DNA of 63,607 nt, filler included, from Collodictyon triciliatum (Eukaryota): NCBI GenBank assembly GCA_043381765.1. It is 7 parts of 7 records of this genome, joined end to end, with 100 filler letters (N's around TTAATTAATTAA, not from the genome) between each part and the next. Parts side by side here need not be neighbours in the genome. Positions count along the whole stretch, not along the records: positions 50,968 to 59,815 come from JBHJMP010003258.1; positions 59,916 to 63,607 come from JBHJMP010003330.1; 5 more parts are not named here. One strand, written 5' to 3'. The translations under genes were made by a program, and so were the position numbers. Of the stretch, positions 54,063-63,607 are shown piece after piece; the first letter of the stretch is position 1, and each line of letters opens with the position of its first letter. The notes below the pieces were generated by a model, which saw nothing but the letters and a program-made list of their open reading frames with translations, did not search any database and was not told where the DNA came from.

Positions 54063-56361
54063 ATGGGTATTTCAGTCTACAGAGAACGGATCAAACGCAC
54101 CTATGAGGTGAATTCGAAGCTGTCCGCTGCATACTTTTTCAAGATTGTGTGCCTTGCTGTGGTGATAGTAGTGCCGTTTGTCATGAGCTACGCTTCGTTT
54201 GGTAGGAACACTTCTGGATCCAATCTGCTGCCTCTGCTCGTTTTTTTTTAAAAAAAAAAATATTTACAATTAATCGACACTGCATGAGTGTGTCGGTGTC
54301 ACTATATATTGGCTTGAACCCTAGATTTTTGGAAGAAGATTGGGACATATCGGGAGCAACCGCGTGTATCCTTCACACACAACATCATTTTGTACATGAA
54401 TGGCATATTTTATGTGAGTTTCTCCCCATACATGACTTTCCATTATATCTTTGCGCATGGCCGAGCACATGCTACGACTGAACCAATCAGTTTAACGCTA
54501 AGAAAAATGGTTATTATGTCGAAATGCTCACGCGTTTGTTTGTTTATTTGTTCCCTTTCACCAACAGCTTGTATATGTGTTACACGAACATTCATATCCG
54601 TATATTTTGGAATGATAGAACCCATCTCAGACCGCACAACTGGCCTGGTCAACCATCGACAACTTCAACAAACTAAACCCAAACAATGTTCGATATCCTA
54701 CAGTCAAAGTGAGTAGTAAATCATCTGAGCGACTTATTGGCTAGCCAAGTATCGATGGTTTTCATCGTATATCCCATCGACATTATTTAATGAAACCGCA
54801 CCTCCCCAGAGAGAAAAAAAAACATTAAATATTCATGTCACTAAATATTATAGTCGTCCTCAGAGGATATCAACTATGATGGCCTTGCTGATCGATTACA
54901 CTTTACAGTGAAAATGCCTCTGGCACCGTCTGAGTCTTGCTCAAATTATGCTATTTTCATCTTCCTTGATTATAACCTCGAGGTTTTCATTTATTAATTT
55001 TTCTTTTTCTTTTCTTTCTTTTTCTCTCTTTTTCTCTCTTTTTCTCTCTTTTTTCTTTCTTTTTTCTTTCTTTTTTCTTTCTTTTTTCTTTCTTTTTTCT
55101 TTCTTTTTTCTTTCTTTTTTCTTTCTTTTTTCTTTCTTTTTTCTTTCTTTTTTCCTTTTTTATCATTATATTTGGTATACTTTGATAAAGCCCGAAAGTC
55201 ACACAGTAAGCATAATTGGCGTAAAAGTGATGGCATTATTAAAATCCTTCTATTCAAATATTGGGGGAAAAAATAATCTCGTCGGAGGCAAATTTTACAT
55301 GGGCCGCTCTTTTCTTATTTGACATCCCCACCTAAAACTCTTTGTTTACTCAAATGAAAGTCTTTCATCCAGAGCAGCCTTCATACTAACTTTTCTGTCA
55401 GGCATACAGCAGAATCCACATGAAAGCGCCTGTCTATATCGAAGCTGGCAACGGCATTCCAGGAACATCTGCATATGTTGCCGGTGAACTAAGGCTGTCG
55501 CAGCGCCTGCCATTCAAGCCTTCTGGTTTTTTTTCTTTTCCACCTTTTTCTTGTTTTTGTTTTTGTTTTTGTTTTTGTTTTTGTTTTTGTTTTTGTTTTT
55601 GTTTTTCACCTAGTCTCGCCTGGACAACTGCATTCACCCCTGACAGGCACATTCGACTTATTCCCCGAGCCTCTTGTTGGACCTGCGAACTTCACCACGC
55701 AAAAGGACACCACTGCAGAGCACATCTTACGGCTTTATCGACAGCGGAATGGTTTGTGCTCTTCCAAAAAGAAAAGAAAAACCTGGCCCATACTTCGAAT
55801 TCCCACTGGGCTGCCTGGGGGCGCCATTCCACCCGGCTAAAACCTTCCAATACCGATTGGGCTCAACTCTACTCGCAGAGACGCTCCGCTTGAAGGACGC
55901 CTGGTTCTCCTGGACTCCTGGATCGGCGTCCGACTTTACTGTCAAGATCGATGTGGATATTGTAGAGGACGAAATCAGGTCTGTCTCTGTTTTCTTGTGC
56001 CATATTAGCGTTTTCCTTTCCCCTGCGGTCTCATGAAATGGGAAGTTTAAGTAGTGTGGCAGCCTTGCAGTTCTCCTCGGCCTCTTTGGCTCATATTTGG
56101 GCGCACTAACACAACACCCTATTGGCGAATGCTTCGATAGTTACCGCCCAGAGCTCTTCGAGACTGTCAAGTTTGCCTGGATCCAGTACTTCTGCTTCGC
56201 CGCCGTGGTCTTTGTCATCGTGGACGCGGTACAGACAATTCTGCTTCTCTCTATGGCTCAATCCTGACGTACATCACCAATAGATACAAGGCTTCGTCTA
56301 TTCCAACCAGGTGCTCGAAACACGGGTCAAGGGCGAGGCAACAAAGTTCAAGCATTTCTAA
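54063..56361 (+). CDS. TMEM231: Ciliary transition-zone membrane protein TMEM231
   Basis: GFWKKIGTYREQPRVSF; DINYDGLADRLHF; GELRLSQRLP; YRPELFETVKFAWIQYF; FVYSNQVLET..FKHF*. Confidence 0.93.
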
Positions 56362-56454
56362 ATAAACGAAGACAATACTAGATTTTCGAGTGCGTGTTGT
56401 GGGTTTATTAGTTTGTTGAGCTGGTGGCTGTGGGCTGGGGTCAAAGAACAGACC

Positions 56455-57236
56455 TATAATACAGAAACTGTAAGGGGCGGGATAGTTGGCGTGTCTTGCT
56501 TGCGAACGAAGGAGATGTGATCAGATATTTGGCTTGCGAATGCAACTAGTGGAATCATCGCCGAGTCATTCGGGGAAAGATTGACATCATTTCACAACAG
56601 GATAAGGGGAGGAGTGCTTCTGTTTGCTCACCTAGTGAGTGGCCTGGAGGGTCGTGGGCAGCCAGTTCTAGTCTCTATGTCACAGTTTCAGAGGTTAGTG
56701 TGGGCGGGAAGAGTATACAACATAAGAGGTATATAAACAGTTTCTCTTGTGTGAAGTGATCAGATATTCGGCTTGTGAATGCAGCTAGTCGAATCATCGC
56801 CGATTCATTCGGGGAAAGATTAGCATCGCGTCAAAGTCACAAAGAGGACACGGTTTGGGGACTTCCTCCCGGAGGGAACTGACACTAGCCGGCCTGCGAC
56901 AGACAACGAAACCAGCAAGGGTTCTTGCAGCTCGGTCAGTGTCCAGCACAGTGTAGAACCCTCACGAGGCTTAGTCTAGGATTCTGGTTGTTAGTAAAAG
57001 GCTACCTTGATGTTGTCGGGCTTGAGACGGCAGGCAGTGCGCGGCAGTTTTTCTCCAAGGTCATGTCTTGATGCGAATACCTTCACTTTGATTGCGGCGT
57101 TATTGTACGTGGGCATTTTTTTGGTGCTCTTATACCACCACGGCAGACCACATAGCCGGCTGTTGCTATAATGCGCTGCGATGCCCACAGACCTTTCAGT
57201 GAATCCCCTGGGCTCAAGTTCACAGCTAATTGTTCT
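56455..57236 (-). pseudogene. Decayed coding sequence with internal repeats
   Basis: ~68-bp direct repeat (56517-56582 and 56756-56821). Translated motif NLSPx(D/E)S occurs three times and AG(Y/F)VVCR twice, broken by stops and frameshifts. Confidence 0.45.
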
Positions 57237-57431
57237 ATATTATTAATGATATATTTTATTATATAAATAACATTCAATATACTGATACCATACCACATAT
57301 AATTTTATCATTATATAATCCAGAAATAGGAATTCTTTTGTTGGGTGTTGTGGCTTTTGCCACAAGGGTTTCTTTTTTTTCTTTTTCTTTCTTTTTATTT
57401 GATTTCAAAGCGGCCCGTTGGATTCTTTTTG

Positions 57432-59815
57432 TTAACGGACCGAGCGGACGTGATTTTGCGCCAGGATGAGGTAGAGGGCTTCGGCATTCTTTTTCCAGAA
57501 GGAGTCCTTCAAGGGCGCGGTTGCATCTCTCAGGTTAATGCCTGATGAGTATTCCCACATGTCCAGACGAAGAGCCGCACCCGCTGATGTCTTGTGGGTG
57601 ACCGATGTCCCAGCCTTTTTTGCAGTCTTTCCCAATGAAAGCCCAATCTTGGAGTAATGAGTGTATAGCAGAGGGTCAGCATCGAGCAAAAGGTCTATTA
57701 TCATCGGATAAGCATGAAAATCAACGGCTTGGGGAGTCCGAAGCGCAACATCCACAGACCAGATGGGTTGGCTTTCTAATACATCGGCAGCAGGCATCTT
57801 GGAGTGGGGGTACTGATTGGGAATGTTTGAGATGCCCTTGGAGAAGTGGCTAGTCATTACATCCAGACGAGCCACTCGAATCATCACTTTGTCTCCCTCC
57901 ATCCCCGGACACGTCGTCCGAAGTTCTAGAGCCACAGCAAGCGCGAGATGCTCAGGCGGCATATTCCACTGCTTCTCCTTATCTGCAGGCCAGTTGGATA
58001 GGTTTTTTATAGAACCAGGGTCCGTTTTCACATTCATGGCTAGAGGCGAGAAGAGGCTCCGTTGCGTACTGGATGCCATTTGGTACACAAATCGTCTTAG
58101 AAAACCCAGGTCTGCTTTGGTTGGGGCCCATGTAGCGATGTGATATGAGACTAAAGCCATCCAGGCAACTGCACCAAGTTCCAGGCAAAGGCCACTGTCC
58201 TCTAAGGCTATGACAAACAGTCGAAGGAGGGATTCGGGTAGGCCGCGCATTCCTCTTTGCAGGGATGGATTGAATGAGGGCGGACTTCTCATCAAGGCCT
58301 CAAAGGCAGCTAAGGCATCCTCAGCTTTACATCGCCGTGTCGCTTTTTGAATTAGGCTCTTCAACAAGCCATGAGGAAAAGTTCTTTTTTCGGCTTCGAT
58401 AGCTTTAAAACCAATAGGGTCAGCAGGTCCGCTGTATATGAACCCCACCCCAGGAAGACTTTCGATTTCGTAACACAGCCTAATGAACCCGCCTTCTGTT
58501 TCATTATCCCTTGTAAATGTTTTGGACCAAGTAGTGACAGGATTTCCTTCCTTTGTCATAGATAGTTTAAAATACCTTGAAAATGTCTTTGTGCTTGCCA
58601 AGTCGACATTTCCATGAGACACAGACGGCAGGGTTGAGTCTTTCGACAAATTTCTCTGCTGAAAAGCCATTATATCTCCAAGAAAATCATAGCCAGAATG
58701 TGGAGATGAGGATGTGTACTTTTGAGGGTTGTAAGGTCGTTCCACAACATGCTTCATCGCACTGAGGGTCATAAAAAAAGTGACGTTTGGGTCTCCTGTA
58801 TGTTTTGCAATAGCCAGACCAATATCTTCGTAGCTATAGTAGAGTTCAGTTCCCGTAGTTTCAAAATGCTCTTGTGCTTTGTTCATAAGCGACTCAAATA
58901 TACCAGCGTGGGTCCCTTCACCGGGTTCTATTATTTGAACCAGCACCCCTGACATAGGGGAGTGAGGAGGAAGTAGTGTGTATTTAAAGTCCCATCCATA
59001 TTCTGTCCACTTTTCTTTCAATTCTTCTGTGGGGTACGTATCCAAGTATGGAGACATAATCTTTCCAACCAACGAAGGAATATCCTTCTTTATATCAGGG
59101 TAAGCTGAACGTAGGACATAAGCTAGAGCAGATAAAAACACAGTCTTGTCTCCACATAGGCGAGGCCGGTTCATATGTGGTCCACAAAGTATCTCGAGCA
59201 CTTTCCATTTGTTGTCATGGGAGACCTTGACTTCTCCTATTTTCAGAGAGATAAGCTTCGGCGGCAAGGACGCCACGAAGCCAATAACCTTTTCGAAGGA
59301 CAGCACTCACAGTACCTCTCATGATTTGAACTTGCAGGAATCTGTTGTTTAATATTGTTCCAACCACGATATCTCCTTCGCTAGCCCCATCTCTGCATAG
59401 AAGGCCATCTGTTTCATCCTTAGAGTACTTTTGGATCATATCTTGCAGAGGACCACATGCACTTGCTACCTTTGATACTTGTGATTTTTTTTTTGTTTTC
59501 GCTTGAGGTGACTGCTTGTCAGGTTCATCTTTTGAATCCATGGAGCTTTTGTCTTGGTCTTCTACAACATCCTGCTCGTCACGCAAAGTGTTTTTGATGA
59601 AAGTTGCTTTGGATTACTTTGGAGCTGGTGACTTTTTCTTCACAGGATCTGACTCTTCCTTCGTGGATGGGGAGGTTCTCTTCTTTGTCATATTTGTTTT
59701 CGGAGGCGACTGATTTTGGGTCTTTCCCTTTGTTACCGATTCGCCTTTGGGTGCTGACTTGGACTTTGCGGATGGGATGTCTTCAATATCAGATTCCTCA
59801 CTTAACGACCCATCG
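57432..59815 (-). pseudogene. Intronless long ORF with MgsA/RarA C-terminal-like motifs, possibly virus-derived
   Basis: 624-aa ORF with LLKSLIQKATRR, LLRLFVIALEDSG, AVDFHAYP, MWEYSSGINLR. It continues upstream through a frameshift (~59300) and an in-frame TAA (~59615) to the contig end. Confidence 0.6.
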
Positions 59816-59915
59816 NNNNNNNNNNNNNNNNNNNNNNNNNNNNNNNNNNNNNNNNNNNNTTAATTAATTAANNNNNNNNNNNNNNNNNNNNNNNNNNNNN
59901 NNNNNNNNNNNNNNN

Positions 59916-60900
59916 CGAGACGGCAGAGCAGCGGAACAACAAGATAGCGCGCGTCTCGGAGAGGCTGGGGCCGATTTCCGATATACTGGCCGGTTTCGCC
60001 GTTACCCTCCGTCATCGCTATTCCGGCTACCGCGCCCTGGTTCCCGGCACCCGCCGGGTGCGGTCTCCTCGTTCATCACCGCGCTGATCATGGCTATGAC
60101 CCGGCGAGACGCTTTGCGCGCATGCAGGTCCGCATGAGCGGCGCTGGTCAATTGCCGCATATCATACGAGCTTCTCGATCTCGAGCGAGCAGGTGATGCC
60201 GGGGCCCAGCGAGGCGCGTTCACATCGGCGAAGTGCGGTTAACAACGTGTCTTCCGCTATGTCGAGGACATCCCGGTCCGCAGGATCTGGCTTCTCGCGG
60301 CCGCCGCAAAACCGCATCGTCGGCGCATCCGGCGCCGCAAGACACGCTGGTGCACTGCGCAGCGTTTTCTACGACGTCGGAGGCCGGGCACGATCGAGAT
60401 CGATGGCCAGGAATTGTCAAGCTCACCAACAGTCGTTGCGCGGTCCATCGCCTAGTGCGCAGGCCCCTATTTGTTCGAGGGACCATCCGTGACAACATCC
60501 CTATGGCCGGCCCTCGGCGACGACAGCGACATCCGAGCTGCCCGAAGCTGGCCGCGGCCGACGAGTCATTCGCCAACAGCCGCAAGCTATGACACGCGGT
60601 CGCGAGAAGGCGCGACCCTGGCGCAGCGCCACGCGTGTCGATCGCCCGCGCCACGTGCGGCAGCGCCGATCTGCGCTCGACGAGGGACTCTGCGCTCGAC
60701 ACGAGCCAGCCGTGCCGCAGCGCTCGTCGAGGTGAGGAAGGCGCCCACCGTCAGCGCGCACCGGCTGTCGACGGTGGTCAACGCCGACCACATCATCGGC
60801 CGGAACGGCCGTCTGACGAAGAGGCACGCACAGGCCTCGCTGAGGCCGTCCGCCAGCGCCTATGCCCGTTTTCCCCGGATACAGGGCAAGGGTGGGGCTG
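59916..60900 (+). pseudogene. Indel-riddled alphaproteobacterial MsbA-like ABC transporter, 3' part
   Basis: GC-rich. Fragments across frames: IVGASGA (Walker A), RFYDV, IEIDGQ, LFEGTIRDNI, LDE..SALD, AHRLSTVVNADHI. Confidence 0.85.
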
Positions 60901-60963
60901 GTCGACGACACCCAGCCGATCAATCGGCGCAGGATAACGGCAGGAAAACGGTCGGGGGAACAC

Positions 60964-61374
60964 TGAGCGACACACCGGAGCGACACGTCCAGTGGAGACA
61001 TGGGCTGGTGGTCGTGGGTCTGCCGGCCGCATGGGACAGGCGCTGATACGCGCATCACACCATCCCGGCGCGCGCGTCGCCGCGCATCGAGCGCGCGCGG
61101 GATCGCCGCACTCGGCAAGGATGCCGGAGAACTGGCCGGCATCGGCTCATCAACGTGCCATACAGCGATCCGCTGCCGGCTTCGCCAAGGCTGACGGGTA
61201 CTCGACTCACGAAACACCGGCCTCCACGGTCGAAATCGCCGGCTATGCCGCACAGGCTCGCATCGCCCAGTCATCGGCACAACGGCTGCCCGGTGGAAGA
61301 CAAATGCCAGGATCGCGGCGGCGGCGCGCTCACGCGACCTCCGGTTCAAAATTCCCCGGCATATGAGCCTCGGA
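60964..61374 (+). pseudogene. dapB: Indel-riddled Rhizobiales-type 4-hydroxy-tetrahydrodipicolinate reductase, N-terminal half
   Basis: GDMGLVVVG.AGRMGQALIR, GKDAGELAGIG, FAKADG, TPASTVEIAGYAAQARIA..IGTTGC, AAAA.HAT..MSLG. Confidence 0.88.
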
Positions 61375-61699
61375 TTGTCCATTTGGCCGGTTGTTTGGTG
61401 GAGCCCCAGGCCGGGGTGGCGCTCGAGGTCCGATCCGATCGAGGAATCTGGGATGGAATCGACGGGTGGAACGGTGGATCAATCCGGTGGGTCACCATCT
61501 TCGTTCACTTTATTTATTTGGGGTGCGGCACTGGGGGCTAAGCGACAGCACACCTTATCTGTCAAATCTTCCCATGACATTTCGCTGGTACCCGCAAGTG
61601 ATACTCGTTTCTGGGGTCTTCGCTCCTTTGTCCCTAATGCGTACATCTACCCTTCTCGGTGATCTCCTCCGCATGTGGTACTCTGCCGTCCTTTTATGA

Positions 61700-62580
61700 T
61701 AATAAGGAGGTTGCCAAGTATTCACAAACCATTTGTAAGTGGTCGAAGTTTGTCAGTCTTTGTTCTCAACAAGCTTGTAATGATGGCTGAATCTCGCTTG
61801 GCTGTTTGACTGGAAGGTATTTCAGGTCTTTAGCCCCCTCATTGTGAAGCTTTGAGCTGCGCTTCACCAAGGAATGGTTCGATTCCTGAAAACATGTACC
61901 ACAACAGCATCGCCCAAGCTTACACCGTTACTGGCTCTCCCACGATGTCCGATATTCACTTTCATCTTCTCCGATACATCCTGATTCGTCCTCATAAAAA
62001 TGGTTTGCACAACAACTCATGAATTATATGGTGCTTGCCAATTATTTGTGCCATCTGGTTATCTTCTCCAAATCGCAGTGGGCAAGATAGAACCAACTTC
62101 TTTTCCAGTCGCGTCGGCTACAATACCAAAGTCTACAATCTTACTATTTCTTCACAATATTGATATTATCGGCTTTCAGTCCTCGTGATAAAGGTCTCGA
62201 ATGCAGGAAAATGAGCCTTGGCGATTTGTTTTGCGTATTGAAACAATCTGAACTCATTCCTCACTTACTTGATTTTTGTCCAACATGTTTCAGCGAAATA
62301 CCGGCATGCTCCTATATCATGAAAAAGTCATCATCCTTGCGATACGACCCCAAAGAGCCCCACAAGTATTTCATTCTCTTTGCATCGATGGAGGTATTTA
62401 GTTTCAAAAATAAGCGATTCGATTAGTTCACGTGATAGTTTGTTGCTCCGTGTTTGATTGTCTGTCATTTTGACGACAGCTTCCTTTCCTTGGGTGTTTT
62501 TGTTTGTATTACACGGCCAACGCTCCTTTTCCGATATATTCACCATTCTGCTTGTTTCGTTCATCCACAACACCCTTCAA
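61700..62580 (-). pseudogene. Frameshifted eukaryotic TKL-like protein kinase domain; error-laden upstream exon extends to the window end
   Basis: YIGKGA, EAVVK, ETKYLHRC, AKQIAK..FLHS, GLKADNI, KIVDFGI, AWAMLLWYMFSGIEPF, RPEIP. A GT-AG intron lies at ~62687-62789. Confidence 0.75.
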
Positions 62581-63607
62581 TGTTTCGTCGATTGATTTCC
62601 AGCTTCAATATCTCATTCAGGTGTTTTTGCATTTCTTCTTTCCTCTCCTTGCTTTTCATCGCAGATTGAACTCGCCTTGATTATCCTTGAAAATAAATAT
62701 AAGACATTAATTGATTAAGCATATTTATTTCATTTAATATTAAGATAATAAAAAAAGATATCATGGCTAATGATTATTAAAAGAAGTACCTTGTTCCATA
62801 AAGGACGCGTTCCTGCTTCACAATCGTTTTGGTATTCAAGCTGGTTGATTTCTTTTTTTGAGCAAACTTGTCGCAGTTCTCGCTCTCCTCCAGCCTTAAA
62901 TTTGTTTTGGATTATTATCGCCCAATCCATTTGTGTCGGTCATTCAGGACATATCCAGTTGGCAATTTTTTGAATAAAATTTGTCGCAATCGATGCTATT
63001 TCGTTTTGATAAGAATGAAAGAACCATGAATATACGAACTGGTTCCACGCTTTCATCATAGTTGCTTGTCATATTTCGAATCCTTTGGATGGAAATCGTT
63101 CCTTCTGTGAATTCGAATAAAAATTGATGAATTCGTTTCCAGGAAGAGGGTTCAACTCTTTGTGCTCCTTTCCATAACTTGCTTTCAGATGAATGGTGCA
63201 ACATTCACTGAAAAAAATGGTCTTTTCGTATTGAATTTCGGATGATGCCCTTTGGGTCAACGAAGTGTGCTTGACAATTATGTTGCTTTTGTCTGAGAGT
63301 TGCACTTCGCCGCTGCTATTCATAATTAGCCGACAGATTTGCGGAGATACCAGTTAGATTCTGGTTTCTCATTCCATCAGAACTCTGATATTTTTGGCAC
63401 CGTTTTTTCCATTAGAGATGGTAAAGCAATGCATTCCTTTCTGGAAATGGATTCCAATGTCCGAACATTTTGCGTCGAATATGTTGATAATTGTACTTTG
63501 AAGACATGCTCAATCCAGTTTCGGTATTCAGCCGGTCTTGTCTTGATTTATATCTTCAGTTTAGTCAACAGAATGATGCCGCTTGAGTCCTTGCCGACAC
63601 CTTTGAA

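Noticed and set aside
59600-59630. Stop-codon reassignment explaining in-frame stops
   Set aside because: Conserved genes end normally in TGA (TOR, GATC), TAA (TMEM231) and TAG (ISD11) and have no internal stops.
60002-61382. Minus-strand GC-rich ORFs (e.g. 293 aa at 60501-61382)
   Set aside because: They are shadow ORFs antisense to the frameshifted bacterial ABC and dapB genes.

Overview
This is not one locus. It is about eight unrelated ~8.85-kb contigs of an intron-rich, microsatellite-rich, probably flagellated microbial eukaryote. They are joined by 100-nt N-TTAATTAATTAA-N linkers (15052, 24020, 32973, 41922, 50868, 59816) plus a probable masked join at 5516-6194. Spliced genes recovered by hand: a UPF0658-like membrane protein, an AAA-ATPase tail, a CUE/UBA-WW-WW-DH-PH RhoGEF, GatC, a USP deubiquitinase, a VIT/vWA protein, a membrane-anchored class I PDE, an MFS transporter, a JmjC+FYRN/FYRC protein, the TOR C-terminus, a Hook protein, a CRP-type LIM protein and TMEM231. 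ISD11 and an unknown 470-aa membrane protein are intronless. Most notable: (1) a family of very short (24-100 nt), 5'-truncated, A-tailed insertions ending CTTTGAATCGAATAAAG(G)An, with 11-20-bp target-site duplications that usually begin with ATC, seen 7-8 times; (2) an intronless, decaying ORF of about 790 codons with MgsA/RarA-C-like motifs reminiscent of giant-virus proteins; (3) a KDM2/7-type JmjC domain whose first Fe-binding His is replaced by Gln, fused to FYR domains; (4) an indel-riddled Mesorhizobium-like ABC transporter-dapB segment fused to an equally indel-riddled eukaryotic kinase, more likely a chimeric noisy read than HGT. Family assignments come from remembered motifs; no searches were run.
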